DNA of 34,512 nucleotides, from the NCBI RefSeq assembly GCF_006345805.1, contig NW_021836216.1:1-34512 (forward strand), written 5' to 3'. Of the stretch, positions 11,575 to 23,606 are shown piece after piece (the first letter of the stretch is position 1; the number at the start of each line of letters is the position of its first letter). The position numbers were made by a program, and so were the translations under genes. The notes beneath the pieces were generated by a model. The model saw only the letters and a program-made list of their open reading frames with translations, was not told where the DNA came from and ran no database searches. The DNA is from Octopus sinensis (Eukaryota).

Positions 11575-11741
11575 TGCAACTCGATTACACTGACTCCAGT
11601 AACTGACTAGTACTTATTTCAACGATCCAGAATGGATGAAAGGGAAACTCGATCTCAGCAGAATTTGAAGACAGAATGTAAAGATAGGCGAGATGACACT
11701 GAACACTTTATCCGGCTTGCTGATTCTGCCAGATCGCCGCC
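11575..11741 (-). mobile_element. Degenerate SINE family B
   Basis: TAGTACTTATTT..GATGAAAGGGAAACTCGA..GAATTTGAA..TCTGCCAGATCGCCGCC matches the reverse complement of the 27433 element. Confidence 0.65.
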
Positions 11742-12754
11742 TAAGAGGTATTATGTGATGATAAAAGAAGAAAAAAAAAGTAAAGAATAATACAAATTTA
11801 TTGGATGAAAAATAATGCCTTAAATATTGGTAAACATCGTCGCAGATTATTTTCCAGAAAATATTTAATGCATTCAATTTCTTGAAGTGTTAATATTTTT
11901 TAGAATTTTCGGCCTTATTTCCATTGATTAAACATTGATATTTTTAACCAAATATGGTAAATTTGATTATGAGATTTGAAGAAGATAAAAAAAATGTGCT
12001 GACAGAAATTACATAAAAATAGGACACCGATGAAACGCAAAATTGTTAATATGATAGCTTTAGGACAAATTTAATTAAATATAAAAATATTAAAGAGAAT
12101 GGCTAATTTATAGGAAAGTAGGAGCAAGTAACTTGTTATCTTTTCTCATCCCACTCGCCTGATTGCATTCATACAGTATCTTTCCAATCCCACAAACCTT
12201 TGCGCCAATTTCCCTTACACTCACACATCGCCATACATTTTTTGCCATTTCCCTCTTACGTGCAGGTGAAGCTATGTTGCAGGTCGATTGCTTTGCTATA
12301 AGATAATATGAATGCGTTCCATACGTAGTTATTAATTTTTATATGTATGGATGGATGGGTGGGTGAAATATTAATTGCGTTGTAAAGAATACAGTTTCCT
12401 GGGGGAACTTAAACTGAATGGGTTTAATCGGTGTGCAATTGGTAGTGCAGCGTTATCTGATGGGTAACAAAGGAGGGATAAATTATTTCTCTCCTTTGCC
12501 GACACGCTGAGAATATCTCTGAACGTTTTCGTTTATTTTTTTCTTTTCATTTATTCCCCAAAAATAATTCTTCACACATTTTTAACAATTGCTCCAGAGA
12601 AACAGGTGCACGTGTACATCGCTTGAGTTTGTTTGCAGTTAAATTACGTAATCCAGATCGCTAGCGTTGAAACCTTTACGTAATGATTAGGGCCTGCTTT
12701 CATCATTGAACATGCGTCATCATAAATTTTGCATCTCTAATCTTTCATCATTTC

Positions 12755-12955
12755 CTTGTTTCAGTCATTAGACAGCAGCCATGCTGGGGACCTCCTTGAG
12801 GAATCTTTGGTCGAATGAATCGACCGCAGTACATATTTTCATTCTTAAGCCAGGTACTTATTCCGTGGGTCACTTCTGCCAAACCGCTACGTTACGGGGA
12901 CGTACACACGCCGAGGTCTGTTATCAACGTTGGGTAGAAAAAAGCACAAACACAC
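12755..12955 (-). mobile_element. SINE family A 3' half
   Basis: CTTGTTTCAGTCATT..GCCATGCTGG..GGTACTTATTC..TTACGGGGACGTA. Confidence 0.7.
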
Positions 12956-12959
12956 ATGC

Positions 12960-12974
12960 ATATAAATATATATG

Positions 12975-13008
<34 letters not shown>

Positions 13009-13173
13009 GATATATATAATATATAGAGAGAGAGAGAGAGAGAGAGAGGGTAGAGATAGAGAGATAGAACAGATATATACACACCACACACATATATATA
13101 CATATAGATAGATAGATAGATACAACATACATACATACATACATATACATTTACATATATTTATTTTTTATAA

Positions 13174-13205
<32 letters not shown>

Positions 13206-13346
13206 TTATATTATATTATATATATATATATACATATATACACACATATATACATACATATGTGTGTATGCGTGTGTGTGTATGTATACTATATGTATAT
13301 AAATATACATATACAGATAGATAGATATACATTTATATATATATAT

Positions 13347-13412
<66 letters not shown>

Positions 13413-13420
13413 TATGTATG
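12960..13420. repeat. (TA)n/(GA)n/(GATA)n/(TACA)n microsatellites
   Basis: Directly visible. Confidence 0.9.
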
Positions 13421-14301
13421 TATATTTCGTTCTTAGATTTGGTTTGCAAGATCCTGTATGTGAGTTCGTGTGTTGAAGCATATATTGTTGGGTCTGGGGC
13501 GAGTCATTCTCTTTTAGTGCCTTCTTATTTAACACACTCACCGGTAAAGTTTCCAAACCTATTTATTTTTCCTAAAATTTTCGTTGCGTCCTGCAACCAT
13601 TTCAGTGGTGGTTGACTCAACGACTATTGAAAAGGTTGCTAGACGCAACGAAAATTTTAAGAAAGCTAAATAAGTAAATGTGAGTGTGTTAAATATGAAG
13701 GTACTAAAAGTGAATGACTCTCCCCAGACACAATAATATATATATATGATTAATGCAAGACACGGATAATGGAAGATACGAGAATCTTTATTTGTCACTA
13801 CAATTGCTAAGACCTACCTAGCATCGATTCCTGGCGGGTCGGTTACTGAGCATCTAATTTAGGTGCATCCGTTGGTGTAGATGTGTCTCCTCAGGTGATT
13901 TCAAGATGTATTTCGTTAAAATAAATACTGTTTCGTATGATAACTTCTTGGTCTGCGTACATATAAATGGCAAATTAACGTATACAACTTCATACTTATA
14001 GAATATCCGTAACAAATATCACATAAGAAAAGAAGCAAATACACAATACGGCGAATAAAGTATTAGATACAACTGTTGCTAGATAGGTGTGTACATATAT
14101 ATGTTTTAATAATATATTATTATTAATATTAGAAAGTCGATATCAAAACTCCTCAGAAAGATATGGACGTGTGAAAAATAATTGTATTAAAGATATATAA
14201 ATAAATAAATATAAATATGTATAAAAATATATGTAAATATGTATAGGTATAAATATATAATGCATATGACAGTTTAAAAGTTTTGAATTAATTATTTAAA
14301 G

Positions 14302-14393
14302 CATCTTACGATCGTTTCACAGAAGAATTGTCCCTATGATGAAGTCCTATATTGATAAGCATTTATAGACAACGCTTCTACTCTTCAGAGATA
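14302..14393 (-). ncRNA. Type I hammerhead ribozyme with long stem II
   Basis: Minus strand reads TATCT-CTGAAGA-GTAGAAG..TTGTC...GACAA..CTTCTGT-GAAA-CGATCG-TA-AGATG. Intact core, palindromic stem III, GUA triplet. Confidence 0.82.
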
Positions 14394-14739
14394 TAAAATT
14401 TAAATTCTGTATAACATATCGAATGGTAGTTTTTTTTTTTTTTTTTTTAATTTGAAGTAAACTATAAAATGGTGTTTGTTAGATATGGGTGTATAAATAC
14501 CTAGACATACGTGGTCACGCGCACGTATCCTCCCTCGCTCGTACAAACGCACACGCACATACAAGCACATACACGCATCTGTGGTATGACGCACATACGC
14601 TCGTACACTGAATTAAACTGACATTAAACAAGTCATCGGTTTTTACTTGCTAGTGGCATGACTCCGCTTGGTAAGGAGTCATAGATTATGTGGTGCAGTT
14701 CACTGGATCTGGCTGGTTGTACAGTCATAAATACCGACA

Positions 14740-14882
14740 TATATATGTATGTATGTGTGTGTATATACATAATACATACATATATATATGTATATATGAT
14801 TCACTCGTGCATTTGTGTATTAAATCGTATGAACTTATTTATACTGCGTTCATCAAAGGCACGAAAGGCGTTCCGAAATTTC

Positions 14883-14916
<34 letters not shown>

Positions 14917-15307
14917 TGTATATATGTATACACACACGCACACACATATATATACACAAACATATATACACGCGCGCACACGCACACATACTGAAATTGT
15001 TATGGACCTTTAGATGATAACTGATGAGGGTTTATTCGCTTTCTGCGTGTATATTATACAATATAACACAGTATATAACACAATATAGCACATATATATA
15101 TATCTATATATATATTATATATATATATATATATGTATCATATATCTATATAATATATATATATATACATACATACAATACACATGTATACATATTGTAT
15201 ATATTTTTATTGTTTAAATATATGTGTGGGTATATATATATATATATATGTGTGTGTATATATATATCTATAATGTAATATAATAACAATATATAATAAT
15301 AATAATT

Positions 15308-15342
<35 letters not shown>

Positions 15343-15358
15343 TATTAGTATTATTATC

Positions 15359-15392
<34 letters not shown>

Positions 15393-15488
15393 GATATATA
15401 ATATTTATTAAAGTTTGAAAAGGTCTTCAGTTTCACATGATCATTCGTCAGACAGTTGTGATAATCTATATATATATATATATATAAT

Positions 15489-15525
<37 letters not shown>

Positions 15526-15887
15526 TGTATGTATGTATGTATGTATGTACGTATGTATGTATGTATGTATGTATGTACGCATGTATATATGCATGTATGT
15601 ATGTATGTACGCATGTATATATGCATGTATGTATGTATGTATTGTATGTAATGTATTATATGTATGTATGAATAAATAGTCACGGACAAGAACCTGTAAA
15701 TGGGCAGTTGACCGTGTTAGAGATATGGCCTTTGGGCCGTCCAAACGTCCAAAAGCCTCGTAAGTGGATTTGGCAGACGGAAACTAAAAGAAGCCCGACA
15801 CGTGTGGGTGCGGATATGTGTGTGTGTGTTTGCCTGTGCGTGCAGATATTATATATAATATATATATATATATATTAGAGAGAAGAG

Positions 15888-15924
<37 letters not shown>

Positions 15925-15947
15925 GATAGATAGATAGATAGATAGAC

Positions 15948-16008
<61 letters not shown>

Positions 16009-16030
16009 TGTATATATATATATATGTAAA
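14740..16030. repeat. Compound microsatellites (TA, TATG, ATC, ATT, GA, GATA) with a small SINE A fragment at about 15728-15830
   Basis: Directly visible; the fragment contains GTGGATTTGGCAGACGGAAACT..AGAAGCCCG. Confidence 0.85.
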
Positions 16031-16559
16031 ACGTATGTGTCCCCCTTTCTGTATAATAATACAGGGCGGAGTGCGCAGTAACCTATACAAATAACTGTGC
16101 CTTCATAACTCTGTACTTGTATGTCTTTGCCTAAGCTGTGTATACGCATCTGTGCATGCTTGTATGTGTATGCGTATGCAGATTCCATGCGTATGTGCGC
16201 GCGCGTGTGTGTGCGTTGCGTGCGCGTAAGGAAATGAGGTGACGTGTAAATCTGTTATGTCGGCCGACGTTCGTACTGACGCAGACAAATATTTAGGTCT
16301 GTGTGACAGTCTGTGTGTGTAGCTGTGGCCGTGTGAGAACGTGTCTGCGCTTATTGCTTACTAAAGTGTGTACGTATAACGATCCTGTGTTTTATAATCG
16401 TGTACGAATGTGCGAGCGCGCGCGCGCTCTTCTCTCTGTGTCTCTGTGTGTGTTTTTGTGTGTGTGTGTGTGTTTTTATTGATTGTGTTTAAGACAATGA
16501 ATGCAAATGAGGTTGTGTGTATTGTGAGTTTCGTATAAGGGTTTGGGAAATGAAATGTA

Positions 16560-17500
16560 CGCAGGTGTGTGTATGTAAGGGTTTATATATGCCTGCGTGT
16601 GTCTGTGTGTGTGTATGTGTGTGTGTGCGTGTGCAGATGTGTATATGTGTGTGTGAAATGGATGTGTGTGTCAAAGTATATTACTGTGTTTGTATGATAG
16701 TAATGTGTGTGTGTGTGTGTCAGATAGTGCCTTTGAGTGTGAGCGTGTGTGTATGTGTGTGTGTGTTCGTGAGCATGTGTATATGTGTGTGTGAAATGGA
16801 TGTGTGTGTCAACGTATATTAGTGTGTGTGTATGATAGTAATGTGTGCGTAACATAGTGCCTTTATGTGTGAGCGTGTGTTTGTGTGTGTGTGTGTGTGT
16901 GTATGCATGTGTATATATGTGTGTGTGTGAAATGGATGTGTGTGTGTCAATGTATATTACTGTGTTTGTATGATAGTAATATGTGTGTGTAAGATAGTGC
17001 CTTTATGTGTGAGCGTGTATGTATGTGTGTGTGTGCGTGTGCATGTGTATATGTGTGTGTGAAATGGATATGTGTGTGTATGATAGTAATGTGTGCGTAA
17101 GATAGTGTCTTTATGTGTGAGCGTGTATGGTGTGTGTGTGTGTCAAATGGATCTGTGTCAATGTTTATTAATGGGTTTGTATAATGGCGATATGTGTGTA
17201 AAATTCTGCATTTATGTGTGAGTGTGTATGTATTTATGTATGTATGGATGTGTGTGTGGTGCGTGTATGTGTGTGTGTGTGTGTCAATGTTTATTAATGT
17301 GTTTGTATCATGGCGATATGTGTGTAAAATTGTGCATTTATGTGTGAGTGTGTATGTATTTATGTATGTATATGTGTGTATATGTGCGTATATGTGCGTG
17401 TATGTGTGTGTGTGTCACATGGATCTGTGCGTCAACGTATTTTAAATTGTTTGTATTATAGCAATGTAAGATAGTGTATTTATGTGTGTGTGAGTGTGTA
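16560..17500. repeat. TG-rich minisatellite, unit about 110-170 bp, about 6 diverging copies
   Basis: Recurrent GTGAAATGGATGTGTG...TGTATGATAGTAAT...ATAGTGCCTTTATGTGTGAGCGTG near 16635, 16793, 16928, 17060, 17145 and 17418. Confidence 0.85.
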
Positions 17501-18344
17501 ACGGGTTTAAGCGTGTGTGTGTGTTGGTATGAGTATATATGTGTGTAATGTGTTTGTCTATGAATATACATGTGTGCGTTTGTGTTATTTATGTGTGTGT
17601 GTGTGATACGGCATTACGTGTGTGGCTGTGCATATCTTTATGTGCATACATGTACACGTGTATATGTGTGCTTATGTGTGTGTATATGTGTGTATGAGTA
17701 TGTGTGTGTGTGTACGTGTGTTTGACTTTGCGTGTATGTTTGTATTTATATCTTCGCCTATATGTGTGTATGCGCTTATATGTGTGTATGTATATGCGTA
17801 TTTGTGTGTATGTGTGTTTGCACGTGCGTTGGTGTACGTTTGTGCTTGTGCGTGCATCTGCATGTCTTTATACGTGGGTGTGTGTCTTTGTGTGTGTGTG
17901 TGTGTGTGTGTGTGTAGTGTATGTGTGTGATTATGTGTGTATATGCGTGTATAAGTGTTCGTGTATAAACGTGCATGTGTATGTATTCACGTGTGTGTAC
18001 GCACGCACGTGTTTCTATGCGTCTATAAATATTTATGTGTGAACATGCATGCGTATGCACTTATGTATGTGTATATATGTGTGTGTGTGTGTGCGTGTGT
18101 GTGTGTGTGGGGGGGCTGTTACTGTCTCTATGTCTGCTGAACTTGGTTCTTGGTTTTTGCACTCAGACAGACAGAACTGTAACTTAATAATATTGCGTAT
18201 GTATATGCACATAGCTGTGACACTCATTGTTTCTCTACGTGTATATCTTCGTGCATATCTATATATGTATATATATATATGTGTGTGATATGCGAAAGTG
18301 TGCGTGTAACATAAAGTGCGTTAACAGGTGTGATTGTATGTGTA

Positions 18345-18358
18345 TCTATATATATAAA

Positions 18359-18421
<63 letters not shown>

Positions 18422-18422
18422 G

Positions 18423-18454
<32 letters not shown>

Positions 18455-18461
18455 ATGTATG

Positions 18462-18525
<64 letters not shown>

Positions 18526-18567
18526 TGTATATATAGAATATATGTATATATGTATTATATGTATATA

Positions 18568-18616
<49 letters not shown>

Positions 18617-18625
18617 TATATATAT

Positions 18626-18656
<31 letters not shown>

Positions 18657-19222
18657 ATATATATATATATATATTATATATATAAATATAACGTGTTCAC
18701 TGTAGGTGTCTGCGTTTATTTCGACAGCGCGGTGTATTAATGAACCGTTAAGTCACGCTCTATTGATACAATGCCGGTTTTAAAACGCAAACATACCCTT
18801 AGATTCGGATATGGACAACCGCAAAGATATAGTATAGATGTGTTCATAGATGTATACATGAAATCATACATATTATTCCTGTTATATATCTATATATATA
18901 TAAGTATTTGTGTATATGTATATATGTATATATATATGTATATCATAATATACATATATACATATAATATATAATATATATACATTATATACATATATAT
19001 ATACATATTACATATATATATATATACATATATATATACTATATACATATATACATATATATATATAATAATATATGTATATATGTATGTATGAATATAT
19101 ATATATATGTATATATATATGTATATAATATATATATATATATATATGATATGAATATATATAATATATATATAATTATATAGATAATATATAGTATAGA
19201 TATATATATATATAATATAATA

Positions 19223-19257
<35 letters not shown>

Positions 19258-19290
19258 ATATATATATATATACACATATATATATATATG
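18345..19290. repeat. Long (TA)n-rich low-complexity tracts
   Basis: Directly visible, with a short unique island at 18690-18880. Confidence 0.9.
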
Positions 19291-19639
19291 CGCACGTTGA
19301 TACATACACACGCGACGTTTTAATTTCATTTTTTTTCTTCTTTTCTCATACTATTTTGCATATTTGAGTCTGAAGGATTGCTTCGAAGCACACGACATGC
19401 TACAGAAGCTTGTCACATTATTGTATTTTCACAGCATGAAACTAATACTAGCTCGAATTTAAATGAGTCTATGTGTGTATGTGTGTGTGTGTGTGTGCGT
19501 GTGTGTATAAAGGCGCAGGTGTGGCACATGGTTCCAGGTTCAGTCCCACTACATGTGGTAACATGTGGTAACTATAGCATCAGATTGACCAAAGTCCTGT
19601 GAGTGGATTTGGTTGACAGAAGCTGATTTCTGAACTTAC

Positions 19640-19884
19640 AAGATACTACAATCTTATATGTATACCATTCTGCCTAAATAATGGATCTACAAATGCAATA
19701 TCCCTGCATATCTTCACGTCTATTTTCATGCCTTCACTTCACTCTCTATTTCATGTCTTACCTAAAATAAGTATGGTTTAACCATTCTCTCACACCGTTT
19801 CCGATGAAGGGATATATAAAATATCCCGGAAACAGCTGTAAGACATATTCATAAATAATGTTCTAAAATCTTTCACAGCCTTGG
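19640..19884 (+). mobile_element. HHR-bearing repeat family P, copy 1 (Penelope-like terminal repeat)
   Basis: Homologous to 22265-22504 and 29480-30146; all three end at CAGCCTTGG. Confidence 0.75.
19797..19844 (+). ncRNA. Minimal type I hammerhead ribozyme, U4C core variant
   Basis: GTTT-CCGATGA-A-GGGATAT(ATAAA)ATATCCC-G-GAAA-CAGCTG-TA-AGAC. Confidence 0.78.
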
Positions 19885-19909
19885 CTTTGCAACACGGTAT
19901 ATGCAACAC

Positions 19910-20000
19910 GGGTATATGGTGTAGTGGTTAAGAGCGCAGGCTACTAACCCCAAGATTCCAAGTTCGATTCTAGGTAGTGACCTGAATAATAATAGTAATA

Positions 20001-20041
<41 letters not shown>

Positions 20042-20180
20042 TCTTCGGAATGAGAACCCAGGTTCGAAATTTCTCCAAGACACATCAGGTGTCTTGGGGA
20101 AAGCTGGAGGGTATATGAGCCGAAACGTGTTAACAACAAACAAGGTGAGGATAAATATCCATTAAATGTAAATAATATAC
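19910..20180 (+). mobile_element. tRNA-headed SINE-like element with (AAT)n spacer and HHR-like remnant in the tail
   Basis: TGGTGTAGTGG A box and GTTCGATTC B box, then (AAT)n, then AGACAC..AGCTGGAGGGTATATGAGCCGAAACGTGTT. Confidence 0.6.
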
Positions 20181-20204
20181 ACACATATATATATATATAT
20201 ATAT

Positions 20205-20435
20205 ATCACCGTGATCACCGTGACCAACCAGACTATCAGATGTTGCTACACATCACTGGTCACAATGCGCTTTGCATTGTTTTAGCCTTCAAATGACGCC
20301 ACCCCGCTGGCTAAGCGAGCAGGCCAACAGAAGAAAGTTTGAGAGAAAGTTGTGGCGAAAGAGTACAGCAGGGACCGCCACTACTCCCTGCCGGAGTCTC
20401 GTGGAGCTTCAGGTGTTTTCGCTCAATAAACACTC
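20205..20435 (-). mobile_element. SINE family C variant, 3' part
   Basis: Matches 34265-34435 (GTGATCACCGTGACC..GATGTTGCTACACATC..GAGAGAAAGTTGTGG..AGAGTACAGCAGGGA). Confidence 0.75.
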
Positions 20436-20439
20436 ACAT

Positions 20440-20672
20440 CTATGTATGTTTGTGTGCTTTTGTGCCTGTGTCTGTCCCCACCCTCAGCACTTGACAACCT
20501 CTGTTGGTGTGTTTACGACCCAGTAATCTAGCGGTTTTACAAAAGAGGCCAATAGAGTAGTAACCAGGCTAAAAAAAAAGTAGTGGGGTCAATTCGTTCG
20601 ACTACAGTTCTTCCAGCCGGTGCCCCAGCATGGCCGCAGTCTAAATGATTAAAAACACCAAAAGATAAAAGA
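20440..20672 (+). mobile_element. SINE family A 3' half, diverged
   Basis: CTTGACAACC..GGTGTGTTTACG..GGGGTCAATTCGTTCGACT..CCAGCATGGCCGCAGTC. Confidence 0.7.
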
Positions 20673-21000
20673 TATCCGCACGAGCGCGTGTATGCGTGTG
20701 CGTGTATAGAAAGTGTCATCACTTAGTTTTAAGGCATGCGTATGTACTAATGATTAAACATTTATCATTTCCGGCCATTTAATTGTTTACTTTTCAAAAC
20801 TGTTTATAAAATGGAGAGACGTTCTCACTCTTCTAAAGGTCGGAAGTTTAAACACTCTAAAAAATTCATTAGTCTTTTCTAATTATTGACATTATTAAGA
20901 AAGCTACAGTAATTAATGCCATTTCAAACTATTTTAATTTTGAAATTTGATTATTATGCTATATTTTGGTTGTTTTAATGTTTATATTTGATTTTAATTA

Positions 21001-21185
21001 GGCGCAAGAGTGGCTGTGTGGTAAGTAGCTTGCTTACGAACCACATGGTTTCGGGTTCAGTCCCACTAGGTGGCATCTTGGGCAAGTATCTTCTGCTATA
21101 GCTCCGGGCTGACCAATGCCGTGTGAGTGGATTTGGTAGACGGAAACTGAAAGAAGCCTGTCGTATATGTATATATATATATATT

Positions 21186-21238
<53 letters not shown>

Positions 21239-21435
21239 TTGAGTATCTGTGTTTCTGCCCCTAGCATTGCTTGACAACCTGACAACCGATGCTGGTGTGT
21301 TTACGTCCCCGGAAATTAGCGGTTCGGCAAAAGAGACCGATAGAATAAGTACTGGGCTTACAAAGAATAAGGCGGTGCTCCAGCATGGCCGCAGTCAAAT
21401 GACTGAAACAAGTAAAAGAGTAAAAGAGTAAAGAG
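21001..21435 (+). mobile_element. SINE family A, near full length (internal deletion in 3' half)
   Basis: Head GGCGCAAGAGTGGCTGTGTGG, tail (GTAAAAGA)n. Confidence 0.9.
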
Positions 21436-21588
21436 ATGAGATAGTGTTGTGATGGCCGAGTGGTTCAAGAGCTCGCGATGCAACCACCAGTGTTCGGTTT
21501 CAGTTCTATTACACCGTTCCTATTCACTTTAAATTAGCTCTTTCCTTTCCCAACTCATATCCCCTTTAACGTCATTATAATTGTTGTT

Positions 21589-21790
21589 TGGCAGAACCGT
21601 TAGCACGCCGGGCAAAATGCTTAGCAGCATTTCGTCAGTCTTTACTTTCTGAGTTCAAATTCCGCCGTGGCCGACTTTGCCTTTCATCCGCTCGGAGTCG
21701 ATAAAATAAGTACCAGTTGCTCACTAGGGTCGGCATAATCAACTTTCCCTCCCCAAGAAACTATCGACCTTGTGCCAAAATTGCAACCAT
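21589..21790 (+). mobile_element. SINE family B
   Basis: TGGCAGAACCGTTAGCACGCCGGGC..GAGTTCAAATTCCGCC..GCCTTTCATCC..GTCGATAAAATAAGTACCAG. Confidence 0.8.
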
Positions 21791-21802
21791 TCTTCTTCTT
21801 AT

Positions 21803-21955
21803 TATTATTACTTCTGCCTTAGCGAAGGCGGATGTATTGTTTTCAGTCGTGTTGTTTTTTTTTGTCCCTGGACAAGATATCTCAAGAACCGCTTGATGGA
21901 TTCGGATAAAACTTTCAGGGAAGTTTAGCCTCGTTACTGGCACGAACTGATTATT
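21803..21955 (+). mobile_element. Possible non-autonomous Helentron/DINE-like 5' fragment
   Basis: TTATTACTTCTGCCT-TAGCGA-AGGCGGA hairpin followed by TGTTTTC..AAGATATCTCAAGAAC..GGATTCGGATAAAACTT, a layout resembling such elements (recalled, not searched). Confidence 0.45.
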
Positions 21956-22199
21956 TAATTTCTCAACGGTTTTGCTGCCGTTTGTTTATGTAGTTTGATT
22001 TCTTTATCTATCAGTTTCTACTAAGAAAAGAGACGCGAGTAAAATTAAGAGAAACGAAAATAACACTTTGGAAACAGCCTAAAGGGAGATAATTGAGAAA
22101 GACTTGAAAGTGAACGTAAGATGAACATATAAGATTCCAATACCTTTTCAGTAAAATCCAATTGTATTAAAATTGGTCATAAAACCCTTGATTCAATAG

Positions 22200-22504
22200 C
22201 ACTGTGTACAAACTTTATACTTGGAATGAACAATTTTAGGTACTATTAGAGTTTACTCACTAGGTATTAGAATCTTACATGCATACAATTCTGCTTAAAT
22301 AATGGATCTACAAATGCAATATCCCTGCATGTCTAACATCTATTTTCATTCCTCCATTTCACTCTCTATTTCGTATCTTATCAACAATAACTATTGCTTA
22401 ACCATTTTCTCACACCGTCTCCGATGAAGGGATATATAAAATATCCCGGAAACAGCTGTAAGACATTCTATTTATAAATGTTCTGAAATCTTTCACAGCC
22501 TTGG
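22200..22504 (+). mobile_element. HHR-bearing repeat family P, copy 2
   Basis: Homology to 19640-19884 and 29480-30146. Confidence 0.75.
22417..22464 (+). ncRNA. Minimal type I hammerhead ribozyme, U4C core variant
   Basis: GTCT-CCGATGA-A-GGGATAT(ATAAA)ATATCCC-G-GAAA-CAGCTG-TA-AGAC. Confidence 0.8.
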
Positions 22505-22559
22505 ATTTTTTTTTATTGTTAGCCGAATACCTTAACCAATAAGCTACACATACACTTAT

Positions 22560-23018
22560 ATGTATCTATGGAAGCATGAGTGTATGTATGCCTGCATTTA
22601 TGTATGTTTGCATATTTGTCTGTATGCCTGTATGCATATATGTATGTATGCATATATGTATGTATGCATGTACGTATGCATGAATGTATGTATATATGCA
22701 TGCAATATAAGTATGCACGTATTCATGTATGTATGCATATTTGTATGTATGTATGAATACATGTATGTATATATGCATGTAATGTATGTATGCATGTATG
22801 TATGTATATATGCATGTAATGTATGTATGCAAGTATGTATGTATGCAAGCATACATGTATGTATGTATGTATGTATGCATATGTGTATGTATATATGTGT
22901 GTGTGCATGTATGTATTTATGTTCATATATGTATGCATGCATACATGTATGTATGTATGTATGTATGTATGCATATGTGTATGTATATATGTGTGTGCGC
23001 ATGTATGTATTTATGTTC

Positions 23019-23051
<33 letters not shown>

Positions 23052-23072
23052 TGTATGTATGTATATGTATGT
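22560..23072. repeat. Degenerate (TATG/TGCA)n repeat with local duplications
   Basis: Directly visible; a ~95-bp unit is duplicated at about 22850 and 22945. Confidence 0.85.
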
Positions 23073-23432
23073 AATTATAGTCCTGAGGGTTGATTGGTTT
23101 CGACGCGGTGCCCCAGCATCGCCGCATTCCAATGACTGCGTCAAGTAAAAGATAAAATGATAAAATACAATGTATGTGTCTGTGTGTGTGTGTATGGGGT
23201 GGTGTCATTGTCCTTGAGTCTACCTTAAAGGTTAACACCCTTGATGTTTAGACGTCTGCAGTTATAGGCTATTGTTTAGACATATATAACCTGTTTGAAT
23301 GTCTATATAAACATAAGAGACAGAGACCTGGCTATCGTATCATTTCATTAGTGAGAGCGTGACAAGGAGAAACGTGCATGCACACAGGCAGACCTATACG
23401 CGTCTGTCAGCTTGCCTGCCTACCTGCCTGCC

Positions 23433-23496
<64 letters not shown>

Positions 23497-23518
23497 CCTA
23501 TCTCTCTCTTCTCTCTCT

Positions 23519-23557
<39 letters not shown>

Positions 23558-23606
23558 ACATATATATATATACACATGCATATATATACGTGTATATATA
23601 TATATG

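Noticed and set aside
14647-14708. Minus-strand open stretch SSELHHIIYDSLPSGVMPLA and small hairpin TGACTCC/GGAGTCA
   Set aside because: Weak acceptor and donor and no recognisable protein; cannot be separated from chance.
15021-15045. Isolated CTGATGA
   Set aside because: No GAAA, stem III or stem I in a compatible arrangement.
16560-17500. CRISPR-like repeat-spacer appearance
   Set aside because: Eukaryotic context, degenerate repeats, 'spacers' are TG microsatellite, and no cas genes.
18122-18175. Possible 54-nt minus-strand exon FCLSECKNQEPSSADIET
   Set aside because: The donor GTAACA is weak and the phase does not link with other candidates.
19911-19982. tRNA gene
   Set aside because: A and B boxes are present, but the acceptor and anticodon stems do not pair; treated as a SINE head.
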